A stretch of DNA of 64,000 nucleotides from Utricularia gibba (taxonomy: Eukaryota > Plantae > Magnoliophyta). A program made the position numbers and the translations under genes. Shown piece by piece: positions 14,564 to 28,355 of this stretch. The notes below the pieces were generated by a model. It did no database searches. It saw nothing but the letters and a program-made list of their open reading frames with translations, and was not told where the DNA came from. Each line of letters starts with the position of its first letter. Positions within the stretch are counted from its first letter, which is position 1. Location: assembly GCA_002189035.1 (NCBI GenBank), contig CM007992.1, positions 1,922,001 to 1,986,000 on the forward strand, given 5' to 3'.

Positions 14564-16029
14564 AAATGTTTGCTTGTCCTAAAACAATTGTTCAAAGCAT
14601 TGTCCTCCAAAATAGTGGCTTGCAAATAGAGTTAAGGCAACAATATGCATAAGTTATTCAATGGCATACCATATACTAGCTCCCCTTCTACGTAGCTACT
14701 CCTCATAGGTGTCACTCAATACGCTCAAGAAGAGAAATCCATAAGAGAAGGGTAAAATGAAAAGGTTCACTCAATACCTGAATGTAGGTGAGTCAGTAAA
14801 CTTGCGCAAGTGATCCACTGGTTTCAGCAAGCTTGCGCAATCATGAGGTCTTTTTCACGGGTTGTAGCACGGCAGGAGCTTGGGACAGGTGGGACATTCG
14901 ACTAGAGGCTCCATTTGAGGGGTAATAAAGAGTGAGCATCCATCAAACAGTTCTGCTATGCTTGTCCTTTGATTTTCGTACTCCAAAAAACTCCTCTTTC
15001 CATTTTGTGGCTTGTTCCAACCTTTCAGCTTGTTTTCTCTCTTCTTCTCTTTTTCTCTTTTTTTTTTTTCAAAATCAACTCTCTCTTGAACAGGATGTTA
15101 TTGAAAATCCTTTCATAAATTGTTGAGATAAAGCTTGATCAGTGAATTGAAAATTGCTCTCAACTTTTCTTCTTTGTAATAGAGCTTCTGGTTCTGCAAC
15201 TTGCGCAAGCAAACGAACAAAACTATTTTCCAGATGCTCATTCCTTGGGTCAAGAGAAATTGATGTAGGCTATAATTGTCAAAACGGATTTGGCTTCTAT
15301 TGTGGTGATCCAAATAAAAGGTTTTAGGCCAAGCGGGGCTCACTAAGTGGATTCAAGGTGGGATATTAGGATAAAACAAGGCAAATCCTAGTGCCTCAAT
15401 CCTTTTGCACAAGACCTGTAGAATAACTCAGCAGTATGCACAAGAACAAGTCTATGATCATTTTGCATTCAAGTCACTCATAATGAAAAGAAAATGGTCT
15501 CCTCACCAAGAAACTAGGGCTATGTAGCTTGCGCAAGGGGCAGAAAGTAAACAGCATGCCAAGAAACAACATAGCAACATGCATACCAAAATTCTAATTT
15601 GCATCAACTATCTCGAAAAGATAATACCAAAAATAGATGCCTAGGTTCTAGCAAAACATAAAATGCAAGGAGTTGATTAATGAAATGTATGCCAAATTTC
15701 GATTTTTTTTTAGGTATAAAAAACAATCTAAAAAGTAAACTATTCTCTCCCACACTTAAATGACATCTTGTCCTCAAGATGGGCAGAAACACTTACCTTT
15801 CGTCAGGTGCCCTGGTGTATCTAATAGTGTAGAATTTTTCCTCAAAAGTATCCATTGCACCTGTGCTTATTGAAGAGAAAGAGGAAAAGAAAGACAATGC
15901 AAGAGAAAATTGGAAATAGAATAACTAAAAGGGAAATCACTTGTTTTTGTAATGGCAACAAGCAAAACATAGATGCTTTCTCATCAAGGTGTGGGGTGGT
16001 TAGAGAGGTCCATTGGAACATGCAATGTG

Positions 16030-19000
16030 TATATGGAAGATTTTACCCCTTCATGAAACCGTTTCAATTTTTGAATATTTACCGTAAATTCTCCATGATC
16101 AGGATGAGTGATGAGGACTGCTCCACTAGGGTAGATTTTCTTGATGGTGTATGGTCCATGCTATCTGGACTTGAGCTTTCCTAGAAATAAACAAAAACGA
16201 GAGTTAAATAACAAAATTGGGTCACCTTCTGCCAGGTCTTTCTTACGCAAGTGACTGTCATGCCAAGCCTTCGTTTGTTCCTTGTATAGGTTTGCATTTT
16301 CGTAGGCACTCATCCTTAGCTCGTCCAGCTCTTGGAGTTGAAAGATCCTTTGCTCTCCAGCAGCCTTGGGATCCAAATTTAATTCTTTGATAGTCCAATA
16401 TGCCTTATACTCTAATTCCACAGGCAAGTAACAAGCTTTCCCATAAACCAAACGATAAGGGGAGGCCCCCAAGGGAGTCTTATACGCTGTGCGATAAGCC
16501 CATAAAGCATCAGTTAATTTGGTTGCCCAATCCTTGCGGGTTTTGGCCACAGTACGCTCCAGAATCCTCTTCAACTCCGTGTTAGTTACCTCCACTTGTC
16601 CGCAGGTTTGTGGGTGATATGGGGTTGATGCTCTGTATCCTACTCCATACTTGCGCAAGAGCTTCCAGAATTCCCTTTCAATAAACTGTTTTCCTCCATC
16701 ACTTATGACGTATTTTGGGGCTCCAAACCTGGGTAGAATGATCTGTTTGAAGAGCTTAATTACGGCTCTTCCATCAGCTGCTGGAACCACAATAGCTTCT
16801 GCCCATTTGGAGACATAATCCACCGCCACAAGAATTTGAGTGTTGCCATAAGAAGATGGAAAAGGTCCTATAAAATCCAGCCCCCAAACATCGAAAATCT
16901 CCACCTCCAGGATATATGTCATGGGTCCTTCATCTCTCCTAGAAATAGAACCCACATGCTGACATGGTTCGCATGCTTGAACAAATGCCCTCACATCATG
17001 ATTCATGGTAGGCCAATAAAATCCAGATTGAAGAATTTTGAAAATTGTTTTTGATGCTGCTGCATGCCCTCCATATGATGAGGAATGGCAGTGCCAAATA
17101 ACGTCCCTTACCTCCTCTGGTGGTAAGCATCTTCTGTTAATTCCATCAGCACAACATTTGAAAAGCATAGGCTCTTCCTAGAAATAATGCTTCGCTTGTG
17201 CAAGGAAGCGCTTCTGTTGGTTGAAGTTCAGATTCTGGGGTAAGACTCCTCCAACAAGATAATTGACAAAATCAGCATACCATGGCAGATTGCCATCTTG
17301 GATAGTAAGGATACGTTATGTGGGGAAAGAATCATCAATTGGCAGCTCCCCCACACTTGTTTCAAGCTGTAGGTGTGACAAATGATCAGCCACTCCATTT
17401 TTCTTGCCCTTTTTGTCACGAATTTCCAGATCAAATTCTTGGAGAAGTAGTATCCATCTTATCAACCTGGGTTTCGATTCCTGCTTGCTCAAAAGATATT
17501 TCAAGGCAGCATGATCCGTATGAACAATTACCTTTGCACCCAGCAAGTAGGACCTGAATTTTTCAATGGCAAAAACTATTGCCAACAACTCCTTTTCTAT
17601 AGTTGTGTAGTTTCTTTGGGCTGCATTGAGAGTTTTGCTGGCATAATAAATCACATGAATTACCTTGTCTTTTTCTGTTCAAGAACAGCCCCTACAGCAC
17701 AATCACTTGCATCACACATCAATTCAAATGGCAAGGTCCAATCTGGTGGTTGAAGAATGGGTGCAGTAATAAGAGCTTGTTTCAGCATGTTGAATGCATG
17801 CACACATTCTGCATCAAAACAAAAATCCGCGTCTTGCACAAGCAGTGCTGTTAGTGGGTGAGAAATGTGAGAAAAATTAGCAATAAATCTCCTATAAAAT
17901 CCTACATGTCCCAAGAAGCTTCTGATCCCTTTTACCATAGTTGGTGCTGGTAATTTTTCAATCACCTCAATTTTTGTTGGATCCACTTGAATGCCTTTGG
18001 AAGAAATGTGATGTCCAAGCACAATGCCTTCTTCAATCATAAAATGACACTTCTCCCAATTGAGTACCAAGTTGCACTCAATACACCTCTCGAAAATGAT
18101 GCCTAAGTTCTGCAAACATGAATCGAAATCAGTCCCATAAACAGATATATCATCCATAAATACCTCCATGATCTTCTCCATGTGTTCTGAAAAAATGGCT
18201 GTCATGCAACGTTGAAAAGTTCCAGGAGCATTGCACAAACCAAATGGCATTCTCTTGTATGCAAAGGTGCCAAAAGGACAAGTAAATGTGGACTTGTGTT
18301 GATCTTCCAGATGAATTGGAATCTGAAAATATCCGGAATAACCATCAAGGTAACACTAGAAGGCTTGGTTACTTAACCTTTCCAGAATTTGATCAATAAA
18401 GGACAATGGGTAATGATCCTTTCTGGTGGCATCATTGAGTTTCTGAAAATCAATACACATCCTCCAGCTAGTGACCTTGCTCAAGGGGATGAGGTCTCCC
18501 TTCTCGTTTTGTGTCACTGTCATGCCTCCTTTCTTTGGTATGCAGTGCACTGGGCTAACCCATTGGCTATCTGAAATAAAGTAGATGATATCAGCATCTA
18601 GTAATTTCAAAATTTCGTTTTTAATCACCTCCTTCAGCATAGGATTCACCTGCCTTTGTGGTTGCACAATTGGTCTTGCCTCAGCTTCCAAATAAATCCG
18701 ATGGGTGCAGAATTGAGGGTCAAGCCCTTTCAAGTCATCCAAGGTGTACCCAATGGCTTGTCTGTGCTTGCGCAAGACATCCAGTAGCATTTGGGTGTGG
18801 TATTCATTCAATCCTGCATTAACAATCACGGGGTAAGTGTGATCATCCTCAAGAAATTTGTACCTCAATGATGGTGACAGCTTCTTCAACTCAATTTTTC
18901 CTCCAGCATCAAGTTCCTTCTTTGTTAGCCGAGCCATCATTGGTGTGTCATCTAGAGTGTCTTCTTTTTCATCCTGCAGAAGATTTACTTCCTGAATTTC

Positions 19001-19688
19001 GCGCAGAAAAATTGCTTGCGCATGCTCCTGCGTAACAGCATCTTCTGCTTCCCCCTTGTGCAAGCTCGTCGTAGTCAAATCGCTTCATTGCTTGATCAAC
19101 ATTGAACTCCAATTCCTCTTCTCCGAATCTGAGTGTGAATTTCCCTGCTCTAACATCAATTAAGGCTCCTGTGGTTGCCATAAATGGTCTCCCGAAAATG
19201 ATTGGCACCTCCACATCAAGTGCCATATCAAAAACAACAAAATCACAAGGAACAAAATAGTTTCCAATTTTTACCGGTACGTTTTCTATCACTCCTTCAG
19301 GATTCTTCATGGATTTATCAGCAAATACCAGCTGAATTTTCGTGGTTCTCAGCTCTTCAAGATTCAGTGCTTTGAATAAAGAATAAGGCATCAAGTTGAT
19401 ACTTGGCCTAAGATCATATAAGCACTTCTCAAAATTTCTTCTTCCAATGATACAAGGGACTGAAAAAGTTCCAGAATCTGCATGCTTTTGAATTAGCCCC
19501 TGTGTAAGAACCGTGCTGCATTGCTTGGATAATTCAATAACAGCATCATTCTCAATCTTCCTTCGATTGGCCAGAATATCCTTCAAGAATTTCGCATAAG
19601 TGAGCATTTGCAGCATCACATCAGTGAATAGGATGTTCACATGAAGAGTCTTTAGCATCTCCAGAAACATGGAATATTGTTGATCCAC
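16030..19688 (-). pseudogene. pol: Athila pol (protease, RT, RNase H, integrase) broken by stops and frameshifts
   Basis: CLYDLRPSINLMP (PR); WVSPVHCIPKKGG, MPFGLCNAPGTFQR, VFMDD (RT); [19 protein letters not shown] (RH); [33 protein letters not shown] (INT). Confidence 0.92.
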
Positions 19689-20533
19689 TGTTATTTGGCC
19701 TGTCTCTGTGGATAAGGGATTGGAGGATTATAAGAAGGTGGAGATATCTACACTGGAACATCCAGCAATTTGTCCGCTTGCGCAGGGGCTGTTGTTGTTG
19801 TACTTTGCATCCCACTCCTTGTTGCCACAGCTTTGCATTTAGCAGGATTTTTCTCTGGTTGACTTGGGAGCCTTGAAGCTTTGTGAGTTTGAGCGGCATT
19901 GTTCATCCTACTTTCCAAGATGCGAGTAGTCATACTTAGTAGCTCCACACCCTCACTTATCTCACTCACCTTTTTTAGCTTCTCCATCACTTCTTTATTA
20001 AATCCTTCTTGCTTTTCTATGAATTGACCCAGCATATCTCGTAAGAATGGGCGTTGGGGCTGCTGCTGGTTTGGATTCTGGTTCTGCCAAGTGTTGCCCC
20101 GATTTCCCCAGTTGTTCCCTTGCGTAGGCATAGAGGCTCCTTGCGCAAGTTTTCCCTGAAAGTCCACAAAGTTAACATTCTTACCTTCCTCTTTTGCCTC
20201 ACTCTTTGTCTTCTCTGAGGCTGCTTGGACTTGAGCAATGATAGGCTGGAGTTTGCTGATTTTATCGTCTAATTTTTGCAAGGTTTCGGAAATCTTTGAG
20301 ACGGTAGTGTCGCGTGGGTTGTCCCGAACTCCAGTTTTCGAATTCCTCGCTGATTGAGACCATTGTGCCTAGTCCAAGGGTCCCACACCCGCATTCAGCA
20401 GTCCCTTTGCTTCCGTAGTCAATCCATCATGAAAGCACATGATCATAGCAGTGGGGCTGAGTCCATGCTTGTCCGTGATTCGTGTAATTTCCTTAAATCT
20501 CTCCCAAGCTACTACTATTCCTTCCCCTTCATC

Positions 20534-21235
20534 CTATGAAAAATTAGTGATCTCAAACCTGGTGTTAGAATACTTTGTGGGTTCAAAGTATTTTTCCAAA
20601 AATGCATCCTCCAATTCTTCCCAAGTATAAATAGAGTTGGGTGTCAAAGAGTCTAACCATCTCCTTGCTGATCCCCATAACGAAAATGGAAATAAATGTA
20701 ACCTGATCGCGTCGTTGGAGACTCCTTGTTCCACCACCATGTCACAATACTTGTGAAAAATTGCAATGTGTTCTTCAGGATCCTCACCGGGTTCTCCACG
20801 AAATTGTCTTTGTTGCACCATGGTGATCAATGAAGGCTGGAGTTGGAACCTTCGCACGTTAATGGCTGGTGCTGAAATTGGACCAGGCTTCCTTGTGTGT
20901 CGAAAATTATCACCTAAAAGGACTTCATCCCAAGGATCAACAGCAAATCTGTTAGCATTCTGCTCCCTGCGCACATACCTATCTCTTCCTGCCCGATGGT
21001 TCTTCACTTGCGCAGGTGGCTCCCTGCGTACTAGTTCTGGTCCTTCCTCTTTGCTAGATGTTTCTTCAGCACACACATTCCTCCTGGGCATCTGCCTTCG
21101 TCTTTCATGGTTTTCCCTTTCAGGATTTCCTACAAATTCATGCCTTTCCTCGTGACGAGGAATTCGGTTGTTACGTTGGTTTGCTTCATCATAACCCCAA
21201 CGCTCTTCTCCTTCCCACCTTGGAGGAGAGTTCAC
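20534..21235 (-). pseudogene. gag: Athila gag N-terminal ORF fragment
   Basis: FQLQPSLITMVQQRQFRG...DAIRLHLFPFSLWGSARRWLDSL..SIYTWEELEDAFLEKYF; downstream frames are broken. Confidence 0.88.
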
Positions 21236-21346
21236 TCCTCACCTTGGAGTTCGTGGGTTGCTATTTTTCTCGTCCTAATATTGAGGTTCAAAAACCCTGT
21301 TTTCTTGCCATCCTTGTGCAAGCGTTCATTGCAAACGGTTTTCATT

Positions 21347-22230
21347 TTGTGGGATTATGGAATCAACCATGCCACCAAAGCCATTTCACCTCTTGTGATA
21401 ACCCATGTTTTCCCCACACCCAAATCTAACCCCTACACCTCACACCTCGCAGACAGATTAGACAGAACGTACCTTACCAACGATGTCCGATTGAGCCCTT
21501 CTCCTTAGGTGCTTGAGGCCAACCTTTAATTCTCCCACACTCCCTTAGGGCTATGGTACTAAAGATCACGTTGGTAAAGAAAACGTTGCGAAAAACAGAA
21601 TTAGACCTCAAACTAAATGCCGAAAAAGATCACACGCGCAGAACTTGCGCAAGCAAGGCTTCACAGCAAATCCTCAGCCGCAAGCGCTCACACGTGCATG
21701 CTTGACTCTAAACAACAAAAGTTGATGAAAAACGAAGGGAAAGGAATCCAAAACATGCTAGACTCAACTCTAAACCCTAGATTGACTCTCTGGTCATCCA
21801 CCACTTTGACTCCTCTTAGATCTTCGCTTTTGGATCTTTATATAAAGGTGGGGACTTTGCAGGCTTTCTTGATGGGCTCACATCACATCTTCTATGCAGA
21901 TCTTCTAAGATTTGATACAAATCTTCTAGGATAAGATCCAAATTTTCCAAGATAAGATGTGAATCTTATCTTATCCGAGAATCTTTGATCGAGTCTTCAT
22001 TCGGATAGACCAAATCTTTGCCTCCATCAAAAGAGCGCGAAAATCCCCCAAATGAAGTCATAATTATCCTGAAAAATCACAAAACATACTTTTCCTCCAA
22101 AAAGATCAAAGTGGTATGAAAGATATAAAATTCTTCGAAAAACATAAGGAAAGTGGGATATAAAGAATGCAAAACCCATCTAAGTAAGTCCTAAAAAGCA
22201 CAAACATAAGTGACACAAAATCACTTATCA
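21347..22230 (-). repeat. 5' LTR of Athila element, truncated on its PBS side
   Basis: Homology to the 3' LTR stops at TTGTGGG (21347 vs 13655). About 295 bp of LTR and the PBS are absent. Confidence 0.88.
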
Positions 22231-22339
22231 ATAGCAATGTATTTACAAAGGTAGCATAAATCCAAAGAAGATCTTACTACTCGAATTTCAATAGTAATGG
22301 GGAAGTCTCGCATTCACCAAAACCATCATTCAAGCTTTT

Positions 22340-23827
22340 TGTTAGTGTATGTGTTCTAGAGACAATCAACTCATTGACAAATCTTATCTTATGATATTTA
22401 CTTTGAATTGTGATCAAATTTATATCATTGATAAAATCCTCTACTTGATCTATGTGCTATAGAAATTATGATGAGATCATAATGTGAGATTCTTCAAGCA
22501 CTCATGATCAAGTTAAAACTCCCTGGCTAGAGTATTTGTGAAATGAGGATATCACAAATATGGATAAGCTGGCACACATTGAGTTCCCTAAATTGTTTAG
22601 GCAATGGTTCTCACAATTGATGTAATGAGATTACTAGAACCTATGTGTGGGTGTCGATTAGAGAATCGATTCACTAGATGACTCATCTTCGAGATGCTAC
22701 TATGGGAAGCTAACCAAGTGTCAGTAGCGAGATCTCGAATATGACAGCCGTGCAAGTAAGCTTAGACTTGAGGTCAACAAAGTTATCTTGATCTTAAGCT
22801 CACATTTTCGCTCATTACTAATGGAAGCCTAACCATGGCTTGCCTAGTATGGATGAGTAGGGATGTGACTCCTTAAGGTTGGAGATAGTTGATTGATCAA
22901 TAAATGATTCATCACTCATGTTAGCGATGAGATCATACCTCAAATAATTGCATCAAAGCCTAACAGTAAGTCCTGGGCTCAGGGTAATGACACTCGAATT
23001 GTTTGAATAGGTCATTGAGTGTTAGTGCTTGAATGCAATTATAAGTTCGATACATTAGAAAGACACACACCCATGTTCTAGTATCGAATGAGATATAAGT
23101 ATGATAAAAGCTGTTAATTGCATGGTGGCTAGTCATGGAAAGGCTCAATCAGATCACCTGATTATTCTTACATCTTGGGGATCATAATATGTTGCTAGAC
23201 ATCACTAATGATCGATAATGATGGATTTGATTAATTAAGAGTTAATTAATAAATCCATTATTACGGCCTTGATTGAAGAAACCTATAGGGTCACACACAA
23301 TAGTGGAGTCACTCATCAATATAAAATAGATTGACATAATTACATGAAATGTAATTGGTAAAGTGGATAAATTAAATTGAGAGTTATTTTGAGATTAATA
23401 TTGATTAAACTCAAAATATAGATAAGATTTGGAACATATACATATCTCCACAAGATAAGATCTTTACGGAGATATGATTTGATATGTTACCATATATCTA
23501 TAAAAAAGATTTAGATCTTAAGATATGCTCCAAGGGTCTTCGTGCTTTATGAGACTAATCCACAAGGAGGCGTTTTTCTTGACTAGCACCTGAGGAATTC
23601 GACCAGCATTCAAGAGCCTTGAGAAGGTTATCGACGGAGTGCTCCACGTGTGGATACCATAGAGGCTGTCTCCTATTGGCGGTTGGTGAACAACGAAGTC
23701 ATCTGAAAGGTATTTCACCATCCCTTAGTTTGATCTATACCGTATTCCAAGATCTGCGTTGGGGGTTTCTAAAAATTTTAAAATTCCGTTGCTTTTGAGA
23801 CATACGATGTCTACGAGAAACCCAACA
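22340..23827 (+). mobile_element. Angela/BARE-like copia solo LTR (1488 bp)
   Basis: TGTTAGTGTATGTG...CCCAACA; perfect TSD CTTTT (22335-22339, 23828-23832); start resembles BARE-type TGTTGGAATTATGCCCTAGAG. Confidence 0.88.
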
Positions 23828-24204
23828 CTTTTCGGCTCCATAGCCTCTCCACGCGAGGGACTGCTGTAGTACAAAGGAGCTCCAATCCCCAAATACTTAG
23901 TGATTAGCTGCCAAAGAATGTTATGACAAAAATGTTTATAGAGGGTGTACCTCACATACTTAAACCACTCATGATTGACGTGTCTTGAACAGTGCCCCCA
24001 ACATAAAGGTGGGGTCGAGGATCGAAATTCAACTAAGGTACTCACATTTGATACTCGAAATATAGGGCAATGTTTGTGTCAAATGCCTCCATTCCAGGAC
24101 GTGCATCAACCACCAAGCATGTGAATTATTGGATAATGGTGAATCAAGCACATCTCTAGATCATCAACTAACTCAGCATGGAAGAGGCAGAATAGTGCGG
24201 CAGT

Positions 24205-25090
24205 GACTTTAACTAAAATCATGCAACATTGATGGATCATACACCATGATCTGAACCTCTTTTACCTTTTCTCTGTGGTTTTCAGGACTTTTTTTTAGAA
24301 GTCTATGAATCTTGCTTCAGCAAGATTTTCTTCAGCATCTCTTGCATAATTTTTGTTCCATCTGCATTGTTCGTTGGCTTTTAGAGTCTTTTGTTGCTAC
24401 TGTTAATTATGCATTTCCATCAACCAATGAGTCGTTGTTTTTCACATCAATTGCTGCATTCAACAGCATTGAATTGATCATCCAGTGCTCAATCACATAG
24501 TCCCACATTTCTAACAATTGGTATTAAAGCAGGTTACTTGTATTCACTTAAATACATAGATGCTAATACCTGAAATGCTGTATGGAAATTTGATGGCTTT
24601 GACTATGCAGTATGGGCACTACATATGATGGTGTATCTTGGAGCCACAAAATTGTGGTTCTCCCATTCTTGTACCTGTCAACACAGCACTAGCATAGACT
24701 CGATTTGAAGAACTTGTTGGAAGGAGACCTCCAAAGTCATCATATTCTCTAGTCAAGACCGCTCTATCATGCCAAGGGTGATGACTCTTGATGTCTTTGT
24801 TTGATGTTTTCAGAAACTATCAAGTAGTATGCAGATGGCATTGCTAAAGTTTTGAATCAAATATGAGTTCTTGGAGTTCAGAAGGATGAATTTTGTGTGG
24901 GTAAAAAGATTCTTCATACATTGTTGCCGCAACTTGAACCAAAAGTCAGTGTCCTTGAGAACAATTGTGAGCATGTTACAAGCCCCTAGAGAATCTCTTG
25001 ACTTGTGATGCTTCTTCTTATGAAAGAGCCTTTGTTGATCTCAACCATCAATCTGCATCCCTGTATGGAAACAAAGGCATTGTGACATCT
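24205..25090 (+). mobile_element. Decayed copia 5' end (LTR, PBS-like, gag)
   Basis: CTAACA followed by ATTGGTATTAAAGC at ~24515; KFDGFDYAVWALHMMVYLGATKLW; KILHTLLPQLEPKVSVLE. Boundaries approximate. Confidence 0.55.
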
Positions 25091-26315
25091 TCAAAATAAT
25101 TCTTGGAGAAATCCTCTTCTTGCTTAGAGAGACTGGAAGTTCAGCGTGGGGCGTAGAAGAGTGTGTCTATTGGCCTGCTCATTCGGTGATGGTCATCCCA
25201 TGATGCAGTTGCGGGAAGTTCCACCACATGAAAGGAACAAAGTAAAGTGCAAAGTGGGAAGAGGAAATTCTGCAGAACCTTGTTATTACCTTAGCTCTAT
25301 TGGAGATCAGCCGTGAAGCCTTATCTAGATCCTCTGGTTATGGATACTGCAGAGCATGGATGAAAGAGCTGTTATGCAACTTGTGAAGGAGAAGTTCATA
25401 AATCTTATCTATTAGTCGGTTAATTTTAGATAAGCTTAATGTTAGGTGGTTATCTAAGTATGTTGGTTGAATGAATAAACATCTTCTCCTACTAATTCTT
25501 CATCTTCCTTGCTGAAATATCAAACCTTGTTCCTACAAAGTCGTACCAGAGAATTATGGACCTAGAAAAATGTCCAATAGTAGTCTTGTCCCAATTTCAC
25601 TCCTTACAAAAAAGAATTTTGAGAATTGATGCCTGCAAATACGAGTTTAATTTGGTGCATTTGAAGTCTTGGATGTTATCACCAATGACTTACCACCAAT
25701 GTAAATGTTACTACAGAGAAATGCGACAATAAAGCCTTGTCATTGATCTATAAGGCCTTGAATGATCAAATGTTTGAAAAGTTTGCAGCAGCAACCAATG
25801 TGTAACAAGCATGGGATGCTTTGATGGCTTCATTTCAAAGGGCTGATAAGGTTAGAAGGGTGAGATTACAAACACTACGAGGAGAATTTGAAGACAGTTA
25901 ACAATTATCCAATGAGGGAATTACTGATTATATTAATCAGAATTTAGGGGATAGCAAACTAGGTGAATTGCTTAGGAGAAAATATGAATGACACAAGGAT
26001 TGTTGGGAAAATTCTACACTCCTTGGATAAGAAATATGACCATATTGCTATTGCAATTGAAGAAGGAAATGATATTGATGTATTAACATTGGGTGAACTC
26101 AGTGGATCGCTTCAAGCATATGAGGAACGCTTGAAGCAACATGATGAGGTTTGTATACAACTTCTTCAAGTTAATACCATTAAAAATGGAAAGACCACTC
26201 GAGGTGGGGTAAAGGTTGAAGTAATGGCAGAGGTCATGGATCATATGTTCTTGTTGAAAATTGATCATGCCTCACCAATATGTCTGAATTTATGCTATGA
26301 TTCAGAGGAATGGTG

Positions 26316-27817
26316 TGTTGGGTTTTTCGTAGACATCGCATGTCAGAAAAACAGTGGAATTTAAAAATTTTTGAGAAACACTCAACGCAGATCTTGGAAT
26401 ACGGTATACATCAGACTAAGGGATGCTGAAATACCTTTCAGAGGACTCATTTGTTCACCAACTGCCAATAGTAGACGGCCTTTATGGTATGCACACGTGA
26501 AGTATTCCGTCGATAACCTTCTCAAGGCTGTCGAATGATGGTCGATCTCCTCAGGTGCTAGTAAAGAAAATCGCCCCCTAGTGGATCAATCTCAGAGAGC
26601 ATGAAGATCTTCGTAGATCACTATAGATTTAAATCTTTCTAATAGATATTTGGTAACATCTCATATCAAATCTCCATAAAGATTTTATCTTGTGGAGATA
26701 CATATATGTACCAAATATTATCTATATCAAATCTTTTATTTTGAGTTTAATCAATATTAATCTAAAAATAACTCTCTATTTAATTTTATCCACTTTACCA
26801 ATTACATCTCATGTAATTGTGTCATTCTATTTTATATCTATGAATGACTCTACTATTCTATATGACCCTATAGGCTTCTTCAATCAAGGCTGTAATGATA
26901 AATTTATTAATTAACTCTTAATTAATCAAATCAATCATTATCGATCATGAGTGATGTCTAGCAACATATCATGCTCCCCAAGATGTAAGAATAATCAGGT
27001 GATCTGATTGAGCCTTTCCATGACCAGCCACCATGCAATTAACAGCTTTCATCATACTTATATCTCATTCGATACCAGAACATGGGTGTGTGTCTTTCTG
27101 ATGTATCGAACTTATAATTGCATTCAAGCACTAACACTCAATGACCTACTCAAACAATTCGAGTGTCATTACCCTGGGCCCAGGACTTACTGTTAGGCTT
27201 TGATGCAATTACTTGAGATATGATCTCATAGCTAACATGGGTGATAAATCCTTTATTGATCAATCAACTATCTCCAATCTTAAGGAGTCACATCCCTACT
27301 CATCCATACTAGGCAAGCCATGGTTAGGCTCCCATTAGTAATGAGCAAAAATGTGAGCTTAAGATCAAGATAAATTTGTTGTCCTCAAGTCTAAGCTTAC
27401 TTGCACGTTTGTCATATTTGAGATCTTGCCACTGACACTTGGTTAGCTTCTCATAGTAGCATCTCGAATATGAGTTATCCAGTGAATCGATTCTCTAATC
27501 GACACCCACACATAGGTTCTAGTAATCTCATTACATCAATTGTGAGAACCATTGCCTAAACACTTTAGGGAACTCAATGTATGCCAGCTTATCCGTATTT
27601 GTGATATCCTCATTTCACAAATACTCTAGCCAGGAAGTTTTTAACTTGAACATAAGTGCTTGAAGAATCTCACATTATGATCTCATCATAATTTCTATAG
27701 CATATAGATCAAGTAGAGGATTTTATCAATGATATAAATTTGATCACAATTCAAAGTAAATATCAAAAGATAAGATTTACCAATGAGTTGATTGTCTTTA
27801 AAACACATACACTAACA
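26316..27817 (-). mobile_element. Angela/BARE-like copia solo LTR (1502 bp), inverted relative to 22340-23827
   Basis: Reverse complement of the first copy (~90% by eye); perfect TSD TGGTG (26311-26315, 27818-27822). Confidence 0.9.
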
Positions 27818-28052
27818 TGGTGATCTTAATTTTGATGATCTTTCTAAGCTGAGTAGAAGGGAAATGATTAGAAGCCTATCGTTTATTTCCTATACCAATT
27901 AATTATGTAAAGTATGTGTTGTGGGCCTATCAAGTCAAGTACACTTGGAAGAAATAATTATTTTCTATTATTTGTTTATTATTATTCTTGGAAGACATAG
28001 ATTTATCTAATGAAACAAAAACCAGAGGTTTTTGGCCTGTTTTAGTAGTTTG

Positions 28053-28355
28053 TGTTGGAGATCAACCTCAATCCAAATAAGCTTGAAGGTCACTTGAAGC
28101 ATGAAGCTTATGTCATGAAGTGATTTTTCGGTTAAAAATGTTGGACTCGGTTATTAGGCCTTTTATTTTTGTTTTTCTTGATTGTGGTCCATTTTTGTGT
28201 AACTTAGACATTGGTTATATATACCCTACCAGAAAATTGAGGCTAATTGACCTTTTTTCACTACTCTTATTGTTGAAGAGTTGGTTTTCATCTAATATGA
28301 GCTCTTGAGCATTATCTATTTCATTCCAATCACAAGACTTATTGTTGAAGAGTTG
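28053..28355 (+). mobile_element. Diverged solo LTR related to the young copia LTRs at 53603-64000
   Basis: Starts TGTTGGAGATCAACCTCAATCCAAA like 60522; TSD GTTTG (28048-28052, 28356-28360); removal restores integrase VFGLF..FEAMVE. Confidence 0.7.

Larger units (their letters stand above)
13361..22230 (-). mobile_element. Athila-type Ty3/gypsy LTR retrotransposon, degenerate (8870 bp)
   Basis: TSD ATAGC at 13356-13360 and 22231-22235; paired LTRs; gag-PR-RT-RH-INT order on minus strand; Athila-like PPT AAGTGTGGGGGAGT next to the 3' LTR. Confidence 0.93.

Noticed and set aside
23832-24200. LINE RT remnant (ITKYLGIGAPL on minus strand)
   Set aside because: Only one short motif matches and no further RT motifs were recognised.
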